From NCBI GenBank assembly GCA_025057055.1, contig JANWYF010000134.1, forward strand, positions 2,410 to 66,409: a stretch of DNA of 64,000 nt, written 5' to 3'. The notes under the pieces were generated by a model. That model saw nothing but the letters and a program-made list of their open reading frames with translations, made no database searches and was not told the DNA's origin. Shown here one piece after another: positions 48,726 to 58,758 of the stretch. Each line of letters begins with the position of its first letter. Position 1 is the stretch's first letter. The position numbers were made by a program, and so were the translations under genes. This DNA comes from Rhodovarius sp. Its GTDB lineage: Bacteria > Pseudomonadota > Alphaproteobacteria > Acetobacterales > Acetobacteraceae.

Positions 48726-48765
48726 GCTGCGCCGGCCGGGCTGCCGCCCCGCGCGCCGGTGCAGC
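48726..48765. terminator. Hairpin between convergent gloA and ABC operon
   Basis: 11-bp stem GCTGCGCCGGC/GCCGGTGCAGC (one G-U) immediately after gloA stop. Confidence 0.35.
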
Positions 48766-48810
48766 GCCGCCGCCCCGCCGCATCCAGGCCGGTGCCGCTG
48801 CGGCGCCTCC

Positions 48811-49785
48811 TCAGCTGCGCAGATGGCAGGCCACCCAGTGGCCGGGCTCGACCTCACGCAGCTCGGGCTTCACATTCCGGCAGGTCTTGGCGTCCGCGAT
48901 CGGGCAGCGCGTGTGGAAATGGCAGCCCGAGGGCGGATCGATCGGGTTGGGGACATCGCCCTCGAGCCGGATGCGGCTGCGCTGGACCGTCGGATCCGGG
49001 ATCGGCACGGCCGAGAGCAGCGCCTCGGTATAGGGATGGCGCGGGCGCAGGTAGAGGTCCCGGGCCGGGGCGATCTCCACGATCCGGCCCAGATACATCA
49101 CCGCCACCCGATCGCTGATGTGCTCGACCACGCTCAGGTCGTGGGCGATGAAGAGGTAGGTGAGGCCGAAGCGCTCCTGCAGATCCTGCAGCAGATTGAT
49201 GACCTGGGCCTGGATCGACACATCCAGCGCCGAGACCGGCTCGTCGCAGACGATCAGCCGGGGCGAGACGGCGAGCGCCCGCGCGATGCCGATGCGCTGG
49301 CGCTGGCCGCCGGAAAACTCGTGGGGGTAGCGACGCATATGCTCGGCCCGCAGGCCGACCGTCTCCAGCAGCTCGACCACCCGCTCCTCGCGCTCGGCGG
49401 CGCTGCGGGCCAGGCGGTGGATGATCAGCGCCTCGGCGATGATGGCGCCCACCGTCATGCGCGGGTTGAGGCTCGCGAAGGGGTCCTGGAAGATGATCTG
49501 CATCTCCCGCCGCAGCGCGTTGAGCTCGGACTCCGGCAGGGTCGTCACCTCCCGCCCGGCGAAGCGGACGCTGCCCGAGGTCGGCTCGATCAGCCGCAGG
49601 ATCAGCCGCCCGGTGGTCGATTTCCCGCAGCCCGATTCGCCGACCAGCCCGAGCGTCTCCCCGGGCTGAAGCGTGAAGGAGACGCCGGAGACCGCATGCA
49701 CCCAGGCCACGGTGCGGCGCAGGATGCCGCCCTTGACCGGAAATCGCTTCACCAGATTCTCGACGCGGAGCAGCGGCTCGCTCAT
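48811..49785 (-). CDS. Peptide ABC transporter ATP-binding protein (OppF-like)
   Basis: [39 protein letters not shown]. Confidence 0.95.
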   Translation of the reverse strand: MSEPLLRVENLVKRFPVKGGILRRTVAWVHAVSGVSFTLQPGETLGLVGESGCGKSTTGRLILRLIEPTSGSVRFAGREVTTLPESELNALRREMQIIFQDPFASLNPRMTVGAIIAEALIIHRLARSAAEREERVVELLETVGLRAEHMRRYPHEFSGGQRQRIGIARALAVSPRLIVCDEPVSALDVSIQAQVINLLQDLQERFGLTYLFIAHDLSVVEHISDRVAVMYLGRIVEIAPARDLYLRPRHPYTEALLSAVPIPDPTVQRSRIRLEGDVPNPIDPPSGCHFHTRCPIADAKTCRNVKPELREVEPGHWVACHLRS

Positions 49786-50768
49786 GCCGTGACCTCCTCG
49801 GCGCGCAGGCAGGCCACGCGGTGGCCGGGCGCCAGTTCGGTCAGCACCGGCTCGCGCTCGCGGCAGGCATCGACGGCGAAGCGGCAGCGTTCGGCGAAGC
49901 GGCAGCCGGGCGGGGGATCGAGCAGCGAGGGCACGCTGCCCGGGATGGCTTCCAGCCGCCGCCGCTTGCTGCCCGCCAGATCGAGGCGGGGGATCGAGCG
50001 GATCAGCCCACGCGTGTAGGGGTGGCGGGGGTTGGCGAAGAGGGCGCGGACCGGCGCCTCCTCCACCACTTTCCCGGCATACATGACGACGACGCGCTGC
50101 GCCGTCTCGGCCACCACGCCCATGGCATGGGTGATCAGCAGCACTGCCATGCCGAAGCGCTCCTTCATCTCGGCCAGCAGATCGAGGATCTGGGCCTGGA
50201 TGGTCACGTCGAGCGCGGTGGTGGGCTCGTCCGCGATCAGCAGCTTCGGGTTGCAGGCCAGCGCCATGGCGATCATCACCCGCTGGCGCATCCCGCCCGA
50301 GAACTGGTGCGGATAGTCGTGCACCCGCCGCTGCGGGAAGGGGATGTGCACGAGGTGCAGCAGCTCCGCCGCCCGGGCCAGGGCCGCCCGCCGCGACAGC
50401 CCCTCATGCTCGCGCAGCGCCTCGGCGATCTGCTCGCCCACCGTGTAGACGGGGTTGAGGCTGGTCATCGGCTCCTGGAAGACGAAGCCGATCTCCTTCG
50501 TGCGGATGCGCCGCATCTGCTCGGGCGGCAGCGGCACCAGGTCGCGCCCCTGCCAGAGGATATGCCCGCCCGCGATCCGGCCGGGCGGCATCGGGATCAG
50601 CTTGAGGATGGTCATGGCGGTCACGGTCTTGCCGCAGCCGCTCTCACCCACGACCGAGAGCGTCTCTCCGGCATCGAGGCCGAGATCGACGCCATCGACC
50701 GCGCGCACCCATCCGTCATCGGTGCGGAAATGGACCTTGAGGCCCGCGATCTCGAGCAGCCGGGCCAC
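49782..50768 (-). CDS. Peptide ABC transporter ATP-binding protein (OppD-like)
   Basis: [35 protein letters not shown]. Confidence 0.95.
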   Translation of the reverse strand: MARLLEIAGLKVHFRTDDGWVRAVDGVDLGLDAGETLSVVGESGCGKTVTAMTILKLIPMPPGRIAGGHILWQGRDLVPLPPEQMRRIRTKEIGFVFQEPMTSLNPVYTVGEQIAEALREHEGLSRRAALARAAELLHLVHIPFPQRRVHDYPHQFSGGMRQRVMIAMALACNPKLLIADEPTTALDVTIQAQILDLLAEMKERFGMAVLLITHAMGVVAETAQRVVVMYAGKVVEEAPVRALFANPRHPYTRGLIRSIPRLDLAGSKRRRLEAIPGSVPSLLDPPPGCRFAERCRFAVDACREREPVLTELAPGHRVACLRAEEVTA

Positions 50769-51704
50769 CTATCTCACCCGCCGCGGGTCGAGCGCATCGC
50801 GCAGCCCATCACCCACGAAGTTGATGGTCAGCACCGTCAGGAAGATGGCAAGCCCCGGGAACAGCGCCCAGTGCGGGGCGAAATCCAGATGGTCCTTGGC
50901 ATCGTAGAGCAGCCGCCCCCAGGTCGGGATATCCGGCGGGAAGCCGAGGCCGAGGAAGGAGAGGGTGCTTTCGGCGATGATCGCGGCGGCGATGTCGATA
51001 GTGGCGGCCACGATCACCGGGCCCAGGGCGTTGGGCAGGATGTGCCGCCAGACCAGCCGCAGGCGCGAGGCGCCGAGGGCACGCGCCGCCTCCACGAACT
51101 CCTTCTCGCGCAGCGACATGAACTGCGCGCGCACCAGCCGCGCCACCGGCATCCAGCGGAAGCCGCCGATCACCGCCACGATCAGGATGAAGACGCCCAT
51201 CTCCGGCCCCACCATGGCGGTCAGCGCATCGCGGAAGAGGTAGATGATCAGCAGCAGGATGGGCAGTTCGGGCAGCGAGAGGAAGAGGTCGGTCAGCCAC
51301 ATCAGCGCGGCGTCCACCTTGCCCCCCGCCATGCCCGCCACCGCCCCGACCAGCACGCCGAGCACGACGGCCACCAGCATCGCGGCGAAGCCGACGGCGA
51401 GCGAGATCTGACCGCCATAGAGGATGCGCGCTAGCAGATCCTGGCCGAGATCATCGGTGCCCAGCGGATGCGCCCAGGAGGGGCCCTGCAGCCGGGCCGA
51501 GAAGTCGATCTCATCGATCGGCACGCGCCAGAGGAAGGGGCCGATCAGCACGGCGAGGATCAGGACGGCGAGGATGGCGGCACTGACCACCGCCAGCCGG
51601 TGCTTGCGGAAACGCCGCCATGCCTCCCGCCAGGGCCCGATGCGCGGCCGTGTCGCGCCCGCCCGGCCGCTAGCGGTAGCTGATACGGGGGTCGAGGAAG
51701 CCAT
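50769..51704 (-). CDS. Peptide ABC transporter permease (OppC-like)
   Basis: W.RF.KH.LA, HPLGTDDLGQD, EFVEAARALG, GDGLRDALDPR; start overlaps oppB end. Confidence 0.92.
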   Translation of the reverse strand: MASSTPVSATASGRAGATRPRIGPWREAWRRFRKHRLAVVSAAILAVLILAVLIGPFLWRVPIDEIDFSARLQGPSWAHPLGTDDLGQDLLARILYGGQISLAVGFAAMLVAVVLGVLVGAVAGMAGGKVDAALMWLTDLFLSLPELPILLLIIYLFRDALTAMVGPEMGVFILIVAVIGGFRWMPVARLVRAQFMSLREKEFVEAARALGASRLRLVWRHILPNALGPVIVAATIDIAAAIIAESTLSFLGLGFPPDIPTWGRLLYDAKDHLDFAPHWALFPGLAIFLTVLTINFVGDGLRDALDPRRVR

Positions 51705-52629
51705 AGAGGATATCGGCCAGCAGATTGAAGAACACGACGAGGCAGGCGAAGACGAAAGTCACCGCCATGATCACCGGCGTATCGTTGGCCAGGATCGCGC
51801 TGATCAGCAGGCTGCCGATGCCGGGCACGCGGAAGATCTGCTCGGTCACGATCGCGCCGCCGAAGACGATCGGCATCTGCAGCGCAACCAGGGTGACCAC
51901 CGGGATCAGCGCATTGCGCACCACATGGCGGGTGATGATGCGCCGCTCCGGCAGGCCCTTGGCCCGGGCGGTGGTGACGTGATCGAGCCGGATCACGTCG
52001 AGCACGGCCGAACGGACGAAGCGCGTCCAGCTTGCTCCCTGGAACAGGCCGAGCACCATCACCGGCATGATCGCCTGCCGGATGTGCTCCCACCACCAGC
52101 GCCAGCCGGTCGCTTCGATGTTGGTGCGATAGACGAAGGGCAGCCAGTCCAGCGTGATCGAAAAGAGCAGAATGAACAGCAGACCGGTGAAGAAGGTGGG
52201 GAGAGAGAAGCCGACGAAGGCGAAGAGATTGGCGAGCTGGTCGAACAGCGAATAGGGGCGGGCGGCCGCCAGCACGCCGACCGGCAGCGCGATGGCCAGC
52301 GCCAGGATCTGCGAGGCGCCGATGACCACGACCGTGGTCGGCAGGCGCTGCAGGATCAGGTCATCGACCGGGATGCGCGAGACGAAGGAATATCCCCATT
52401 CGCCCCTCAGCATGGCGAAGAGCCAGGCGAAGTAGCGCTGGTGAATCGGATCGTCGAGCCCGAGGCTCGCGCGCAGGTTCGCGCGCACCTCGGGCGGGAT
52501 GGCGGGGTTGGTCGCCAGCTCCTCGAACGGATCGCCGGGGGCGAGCGCCAGCACGGTGAACAGCACCACGCTGATCCCGAGTAGGCTCGGGATCGCGATC
52601 AGCAGCCGGCGGATCAGATACTGCAGCAC
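51670..52629 (-). CDS. Peptide ABC transporter permease (OppB-like)
   Basis: LGLDDPI..RY..WL, TTARAKGL, RHVVRNALIP, YG.LDPRI. Confidence 0.93.
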   Translation of the reverse strand: MLQYLIRRLLIAIPSLLGISVVLFTVLALAPGDPFEELATNPAIPPEVRANLRASLGLDDPIHQRYFAWLFAMLRGEWGYSFVSRIPVDDLILQRLPTTVVVIGASQILALAIALPVGVLAAARPYSLFDQLANLFAFVGFSLPTFFTGLLFILLFSITLDWLPFVYRTNIEATGWRWWWEHIRQAIMPVMVLGLFQGASWTRFVRSAVLDVIRLDHVTTARAKGLPERRIITRHVVRNALIPVVTLVALQMPIVFGGAIVTEQIFRVPGIGSLLISAILANDTPVIMAVTFVFACLVVFFNLLADILYGFLDPRISYR

Positions 52630-52639
52630 GCCGGGTGCA

Positions 52640-54436
52640 TCACGTCTCCCGGTACCAGTCGGCGAGCAGCCAGTGGGTGTTGTCCCAGGCGCTCAGCACC
52701 GGGCGGAGGTTGTTGAGGCTGGCCGAGACCAGCGGGCGGCGCACCAGCGGGATGACATGGTGGCTGCCCACGATCAGGTCGTTCATGCGGATGAACAGCG
52801 CCGCGCGCTTGATCGGGTCGAGTTCGGATTCGGCGGCGCGGTAGGCTGCATCATATTCGGCGTTGCGCCAGCGCACCACATTGCGCCCCTGCCAGGAGTT
52901 GGCGCGGCTGGCAATCTCCCACGACACGAACTGGTTCATGAACCGCTGCGGATCCGCCTGCGGCATGGTCGTGGTGTACATCTGCATATCGGCGTAGAAC
53001 TTCGTGAAGGTGTCCGGGTTCGCCACGTCCGAGGAGAAGAACACCGACGCCGCGATCGACTTGAGTTCGAGGTCGATGCCGGCGCGCATCGCCGCCTGCT
53101 TGTAGATCGCCTGGGTCCGCTGCCGCGGCGCGTTGACCGAAGTCTGGAAGACGAAGCGCAGCCGCACCCCGTCCTTGACGCGCACGCCGTCGCGCCCGCG
53201 CACCCAGCCGGCCCGGTCCAGGATCTCGTTGGCGCGGGCGATGTTGAACTCCCAGCGGGTGTTGGGAGAGCGGAAGCGCGGCGGGTTGTTGAGGAAGTTG
53301 GAGGTGGCCGGCCCGCCGCGGCCGTAGATGAAGCGCTCGAGCGCCGCGCGGTCGATCAGCAGCGCCATCGCCTCGCGCACCGCCGGGTCGCGGAAGGCGG
53401 GGTGCTGGGTGCTGATGTGCGACCGCTCCCCGTCCACCTCGATATTGGGGTCGGTGGCGTTGAGCTGCACGAACTCGACATTGCCGCCTTCGACGATGTT
53501 GACGCGCCCGCGCCCGGCGGCCTCCAGCCGCTGCAGGATCTCATCCTCCACCTGCAGGTTCCAGGCATAGTCGAAATCGCCAGTCTGCAGCACCGCCCGC
53601 GCGGCCGAGACCGCATCGCCGCCGCCCTTGACCTCGATCGTGTCGAAGAAGGGGCGGTTCTCCCGATGGTAGTGGGGGTTGATCTCTCCGCGCAGCAGAT
53701 CGCCCGGGGCGAAGCTGACGAACCGGTAGGGGCCGGTGCCGACGGGGCGCAGATTGGCGGGTGCATCGCGCGCATGGGCGCCGACGAAGTTCTGGAACTG
53801 GTGCTTGGGGATGATCATCCCCGTGCTGGCCACGAAGGCATCGGCCCAGAAGGGGGTGGGGCGTTCGAACTCCACCCGCACCGTGAAGTCGTCCACCTTG
53901 ACGACGTTGACATCGCGATAGGAGCCGCTGGTCGTCGCCCCCACCGCCGGGTGGCGGGAATATTCCCAGTTGAAGATGACATCATCGGCGCTGAAGGGCG
54001 TGCCGTCGTGCCAGCGCACATTGCGCTTGAGCTTCCAGGTCACGCTCCGCCCATCGGGCGAAAGACCCCCATTCTCGATCGAGGGGATCTCGGCCGCCAG
54101 GATCGGAAAGAGCGTCCCCTCAGAGGTCCAGCCCGCCAGCGGTTCGTAGAAGACGCGCGCTGCCTCCTGGTTCGTGGTGCCGACGGCGAAATGCGGATTG
54201 AGCAGGGTGGCGGCCTGCCAATAGAGGATCTTGAGCGCGCCGCCGCCGCCCCGCCGGGTCGGCCGATAGGGCGGAACGGCCTGTGCCGCTGCCGGTGCGG
54301 CACCGCTGATCGCGAGCAGCTGGGTCGCCATCGGCGCGGTGAAGCCAAAGGCCGCCAGCCGGCGCACGAAGCCGCGCCGCGTCAGGCTGCCGCGCTTCAC
54401 GCGGCCGATCAGTTCGCGCAATTGGTCCTCGGTCAT
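52640..54436 (-). CDS. Peptide ABC transporter substrate-binding protein (family 5), Tat-type signal
   Basis: SLTRRGFV twin-arginine motif; WQA.T.LNPH, W.LK..V.WHDG.PF, GTGPY; ATG 54436. Confidence 0.9.
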   Translation of the reverse strand: MTEDQLRELIGRVKRGSLTRRGFVRRLAAFGFTAPMATQLLAISGAAPAAAQAVPPYRPTRRGGGGALKILYWQAATLLNPHFAVGTTNQEAARVFYEPLAGWTSEGTLFPILAAEIPSIENGGLSPDGRSVTWKLKRNVRWHDGTPFSADDVIFNWEYSRHPAVGATTSGSYRDVNVVKVDDFTVRVEFERPTPFWADAFVASTGMIIPKHQFQNFVGAHARDAPANLRPVGTGPYRFVSFAPGDLLRGEINPHYHRENRPFFDTIEVKGGGDAVSAARAVLQTGDFDYAWNLQVEDEILQRLEAAGRGRVNIVEGGNVEFVQLNATDPNIEVDGERSHISTQHPAFRDPAVREAMALLIDRAALERFIYGRGGPATSNFLNNPPRFRSPNTRWEFNIARANEILDRAGWVRGRDGVRVKDGVRLRFVFQTSVNAPRQRTQAIYKQAAMRAGIDLELKSIAASVFFSSDVANPDTFTKFYADMQMYTTTMPQADPQRFMNQFVSWEIASRANSWQGRNVVRWRNAEYDAAYRAAESELDPIKRAALFIRMNDLIVGSHHVIPLVRRPLVSASLNNLRPVLSAWDNTHWLLADWYRET

Positions 54437-54613
54437 CGCCCTCTGCTCCCCCGATGGCCTCTCCCGCCTGTGCATGCTGCGCTGCCTCGGCCCGCGGTGC
54501 AACAACGGCGAGAAGGCGGAGGTGGGCAGAGGGGCGAGGGGGGCGGCCTCTGCCGGCGCCATTGCACACCCGGCCTGCCGAAGGAGAGGGCAGGCCCAGC
54601 AGCAGGGGGGAGG

Positions 54614-54642
54614 TTGCCATGCCGCCCGCTCTGACCTATGTC
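54614..54642 (+). promoter_or_regulatory. sigma70-type promoter of tRNA-Glu
   Basis: TTGCCA-N17-TATGTC ending 10 nt before the mature tRNA 5' end. Confidence 0.55.
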
Positions 54643-54652
54643 CCTGCCCGGC

Positions 54653-54728
54653 GGCCCCTTCGTCTAGCGGTCTAGGACGCGGCCCTCTCACGGCTGAAAC
54701 ACGGGTTCGAGTCCCGTAGGGGTCACCA
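54653..54728 (+). tRNA. tRNA-Glu (CTC), CCA encoded
   Basis: GGCCCCT/AGGGGTC acceptor, CGTCTAGCGGTCTAGGACG D arm, CGGCC-CTCTCAC-GGCTG anticodon arm, GGTTCGAGTCC, ACCA end; 76 nt. Confidence 0.96.
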
Positions 54729-55048
54729 ACTCCGATCCGGGGCGGGGTTCGCCCGGCCCGGCCTCTCCTGGCTCCCCCCGCCCTCCCTGGCAGCCTCCGA
54801 TGGCCTGATGGCAGCCGAAAGCCTGTGTTGCCGCACGGCGTCCGGCGATGCAGCGGCCCGGGCTGACCGAGGCGCCGGGCTCAATCGGGCCAGGCCTGCC
54901 GAAAGCTTGCGCATCCCTCGCCCGGCGGCTCGGCGCTCACCTCTTCGCATCCGCGGCAGCGCCCTTGCCCGCGGGGCCCCAAGGGGCGGGGGCAGGGGCA
55001 GGGGCTTGGCCGCGCCGCCGGATCCGACGCTGCGGCAGGGGCGGCCGA

Positions 55049-55918
55049 TCAGCCCCGCATCGCCAGCGCCACCCCAGCCAGGATGCAGAGGAGGGCAGCC
55101 CCCTCCCGCCAGCCGAAGGCTTCGCCCAGAAACATCGCCGCCCCGGCCACCCCGACCATGGGCGCGAGCATGGTGCCGATGCCGGCCAGGGTGGCGCTGA
55201 CGCGCTTCAGCGCCTCAAACCACATGAGATAGGCGAGCCCGAGCGGCACCACCGCCATCCAGACCAGGAAGAACCAGCCGGCGGCGGAGAGGTCGCGCCA
55301 GGGCTGCGGCTCGCTGAGCAGGCCGAAGACCAGCAGCGGCGCGCAGCCCAGCCCGACCTGCCAGGCGGCGGCCGCGAGCGGCGGCAGGGGCAGCGGGCGG
55401 CGCTTGGCCAGGACGGTGCCGAGCGCAAACAGGAAGCCGGCCGCGAGCAGCAGCCCCATGCCCGGCAGCTTCTCGAGCCCCAGGGCGATGCCGCGCCCGC
55501 CGAAGAGCACCAGGACGCCCGCCAGCGCGAGCACGAGCGCCGCTGCGCGGCGGGGGGTGGGTACTTCCCCCAGGACGGGCCAGGCGAGGAGCGCGGTCCA
55601 GACCGGGGCGGTATAGGCGAGGATCGCCGCCTCCGCCGCGCCAAGCCAGAGCAAGCCGATGGTCGCAAAGCCCATCCAGGCCATGACGTTGAGCAGGGCG
55701 GCCAGCGCCAGGCGCGGCCAGAGCGCCCAGGCCACCGCCAGGCGCTGCCCCGCCGGCCAGGCGAGGGCGGCGAGCATCACCCCCGCCGCCACCCCGGCGA
55801 CACCGCGGGCGGTCATAGGCGGCAGCTCCTCGAGCAGGAGCTTGAGCATCGGCCAGTTGCTGCCCCAGGACAGCGCAGTGCCGAAGACCAGCACCGCGCC
55901 GAGGGCCTGCCCCGTCAC
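55049..55918 (-). CDS. DMT/EamA family transporter
   Basis: Ten TM segments, W.SNWP, A.ILAYT.P.W...LAW..LGE duplication, P.VGV..A..FLGE. Confidence 0.88.
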   Translation of the reverse strand: MTGQALGAVLVFGTALSWGSNWPMLKLLLEELPPMTARGVAGVAAGVMLAALAWPAGQRLAVAWALWPRLALAALLNVMAWMGFATIGLLWLGAAEAAILAYTAPVWTALLAWPVLGEVPTPRRAAALVLALAGVLVLFGGRGIALGLEKLPGMGLLLAAGFLFALGTVLAKRRPLPLPPLAAAAWQVGLGCAPLLVFGLLSEPQPWRDLSAAGWFFLVWMAVVPLGLAYLMWFEALKRVSATLAGIGTMLAPMVGVAGAAMFLGEAFGWREGAALLCILAGVALAMRG

Positions 55919-57155
55919 CGCGTGGGACTTCGAGGAAGCGGATCAGCGCGGCCATATCCTCGGGGTTGCCCACGGTCTGCACGGGCATCCGGGTGCCAGG
56001 GGTGACCACGTCGGGGCCGCGGGTGAACAGATCCGCCACTGTCTCCGGGGTCCAGATGATGTCACCGCGCGCCAGCCGCTCGGAATAGGCATAGCCCGGC
56101 ACGCTTCCCATCCGCCGGCCGAAGAGGCGGTGCAAATGCGGCCCGGCCATGGGCGGGGCGTCGGGCGTGAGCGCATGGCAGGCCTGGCAGGCGCGCCAGA
56201 CCCGGGCGCCGTGCGGGTCCACGCCCTCCGGCAGGGCGGTGGTCAGCACGGGGCTTTCCGACAGCGGCCGCCCGGTTTGCGCATCCCAGCGCCGCACTTG
56301 GCGATCCGCCCCGCCGGTCCAGAGCGTGCCGTCGGGCGCGAAGGCTGCGGACCAGACCGGCAGGCCCGGCCCCTGCAGCGTGCGCAGCAGCCGCCCGGCT
56401 CGCCAATCCCAGATGCCGACATCGCCATCGATGCTCGCCGCGGCCAGCAGGTCGAGATGGGCGGTCAGCGCCACGATCGGCCGCGGCCCGGTCGAGAAGG
56501 CGCGCAGCTGCCCGCCCTCCAGCACCCGGATCGTGCCATCCACCGTGCCGATCGCCAGCGCTTCCCCGCCGAGCGGCGCCAGGGCCGCGATCGGCAGGCC
56601 GAACTCCGCCTTCACCGTCCCCTCGGGCCAGAGGCGCAGCGTCCCGTCTTGCCCTCCGCTCACCAGCCCCTCCGAGGTGAAGGCCAGGGCGGTGATGGCG
56701 CCGCGATGGCCCTCGAAGATGCGCACGCCGCCCTGCCCGTCCCACAGCCGCACGGTGGCGTCAAAACCGCCCGAGGCCAGCCGCTGCCCATCGCTCGCCA
56801 GCGCGGTGACCGGCCCCTGATGCCCCTCCAGCACCAGATCCGGTTCATGGGCCCCGGCCGGGGGCCAGATCGCGATCCGCCCATCCTCTCCGCCCGAGGC
56901 CCAGCCCCCGCCCGGGATCTGGGTCAGGGCCTCGACCGCGCTGCGATGCCAGCGCGAGACGGCCAGCGGCCTGCCCTGGGGCGTCCAGACGATGACCGCC
57001 TGGTCGAGCCCGCCGGAGGCTGCACCGGCCGTGCCGGCCGCCAGCGCGCGCACCGGCCCGCCATGGGCGATCAGCCCGGCCGGCCGTTCCGGTTCAGGCA
57101 GCTGGGCAGCCGCGGGAATGGCAAGCAGCAGGAGGAGGGAGAGCAGTCGCCGCAT
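55915..57155 (-). CDS. Periplasmic seven-repeat WD40 protein fused to class I cytochrome c (apparent 1-nt frameshift just before natural stop)
   Basis: Signal peptide MRRLLSLLLLLAIPAAA; seven GH..V...SGG.D.....W repeats; CQACH, GPHL, PGTRM; as sequenced the frame reads on to 55215, whereas a TGA at 55915-55917 overlapping the EamA GTG is one base out of frame. Confidence 0.82.
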
Positions 57156-58282
57156 CAGAGAGTCCGCATCAATTCGGCCAGAGTAGCACCGCGCGGGGCC
57201 AGCTGGCGCCAGAGGATATGCTCATCCGGCGCATGGGCGCCGTGGCCCGGGCAGCCCAGCCCGTCGAGCGTGGGAATGCCGAGGGCGGCGGTGAAGTTCC
57301 CATCCGACCCCCCGCCGCGATGCTGCTTGGGCAGGTCATAGCCGAAGCGGGCCGCGATCTCTCGCGCCCGGGCATAGAGGGCGAGGCCCTCGGGCGTTTC
57401 GGCCATGGGCGGGCGGTTGAGGCCGCCTTCGACCGTGATGCTGATGCCATCCTCCTCCCCGGCCAGGGCGCGGATGGCGGCCTCCACCTCCGGCGCCTGG
57501 GCGGGGTCGGCGATGCGGAAATCGACCTTGCAGCCGGCCTCATCGGCGATGACGTTGGGCCTCGTCCCGCCCCAGACCGGTGCGACATTGGTCGTAATCC
57601 CGCGGTCGAGGTCGGTCAGCCCGTGCACAGCCAGGATGACGCGGGCCAGGGCGACGGTGGCGCTGCGCCCCTCGCTCCAGTTGCCCCCGGCATGGGCGGC
57701 GCGGCCGCGGATGGTGATGGTGAAATCCCCCGTCCCTTTGCGGGCGGTGACGCAGGCGCCCTGCGGCCCCCCGGCCGGTTCCGGGATCAACACCGCCGCC
57801 GCCCGGGCCGCCTCGGCCTCGATCGGGGCGCGGCTGGTCGGGCTGCCCACCTCCTCATCCGGGGTCAGCAGCAAGACGATTGGCCGGTTGGTTGGCACGC
57901 CCTGGCGAAGGATCTCGCGCAGGGCGTGGAAGGCGAGGAAGCTGCCGGCCTTCATGTCATAGATGCCGGGGCCATAGGCGCGGTCGCCCTCGATGCGGAA
58001 GGGCATGTCGGAGGTGAGCCGGCCATGATCCCAGACCGTGTCGACATGGCCTGCCACCACCACCGCCGGCTTGTCGGCCCGGGCGGTGCTGCGGGCGATC
58101 AGCGTATCGCCATAGCCGTCCCGCCCGGGCAGCCGCTCGATGACGGCCCCCACCCGGCGGAGTTCGGCCTCCGCGTGGTCGAGCAGACGGTTGACGGCGG
58201 CGGCATCGGTGCTCGGGGTTTCCATCTCGACCCAGCCGCGCAGTTCCTCGAGCAGCCTTTCGGAGCTGCCGATCTCGATCAT
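57155..58282 (-). CDS. M20 family metallopeptidase (carboxypeptidase G2-like)
   Basis: GHVDTVW, GPGIYDMKAG, DEEVGS, EP, AHAG, GGGSDGN, GAHA. Confidence 0.9.
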   Translation of the reverse strand: MIEIGSSERLLEELRGWVEMETPSTDAAAVNRLLDHAEAELRRVGAVIERLPGRDGYGDTLIARSTARADKPAVVVAGHVDTVWDHGRLTSDMPFRIEGDRAYGPGIYDMKAGSFLAFHALREILRQGVPTNRPIVLLLTPDEEVGSPTSRAPIEAEAARAAAVLIPEPAGGPQGACVTARKGTGDFTITIRGRAAHAGGNWSEGRSATVALARVILAVHGLTDLDRGITTNVAPVWGGTRPNVIADEAGCKVDFRIADPAQAPEVEAAIRALAGEEDGISITVEGGLNRPPMAETPEGLALYARAREIAARFGYDLPKQHRGGGSDGNFTAALGIPTLDGLGCPGHGAHAPDEHILWRQLAPRGATLAELMRTL

Positions 58283-58347
58283 GGGGCGGTTTTCCCTTTC
58301 CGGCCTGCCGCTGCTAGATGGGGTCATCCATCCTCAGGGCGAGACGC

Positions 58348-58758
58348 ATGTTCTTCGAAGACCTGTCCATCGGCCAGAGCGCGAGTTTCGGCAAGACCAT
58401 CACCGAGGCCGATGTCCTTATGTATGCCGCCGTTTCGGGCGACACCAACCCGGTGCACATCAACAAGGAGGTCGCCGAGGCCTCGATGTTCAAGGAGCGG
58501 ATCGCCCACGGGATGCTCTCGGCCGGGCTGATCTCGGCCGTGCTGGGCACGCGCCTGCCGGGGGAGGGGACGATCTACCTCGGCCAGACCCTGCGCTTCC
58601 GCGCCCCGGTGCGGATCGGCGATACGGTGGTGGCAACCGTCACCGTCACCGCCCTGGATCCGGCCCGCAAGCGCGCCACGCTGGAGACGGTCTGCACCGT
58701 CGGCGGCAGGCCGGTGATCGAGGGTGAGGCGACCGTGATGGTCCCCTCCCGCGGATGA
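58348..58758 (+). CDS. MaoC family (R)-specific enoyl-CoA hydratase (PhaJ-like)
   Basis: AVSGDTNPVH, IAHGML, PG.GTIYLGQ.L.F.APV. Confidence 0.88.
   Translation: MFFEDLSIGQSASFGKTITEADVLMYAAVSGDTNPVHINKEVAEASMFKERIAHGMLSAGLISAVLGTRLPGEGTIYLGQTLRFRAPVRIGDTVVATVTVTALDPARKRATLETVCTVGGRPVIEGEATVMVPSRG

Noticed and set aside
54805-54825. CTGATG...GAAA resembling a hammerhead ribozyme core
   Set aside because: CUGAUGA is not complete, and no stem II can form between the two motifs.
55215-55914. C-terminal 234 aa of the 646-aa WD40 ORF
   Set aside because: Out-of-frame read-through across the EamA gene; low-complexity R/A/G/P sequence; explained by a 1-nt deletion.
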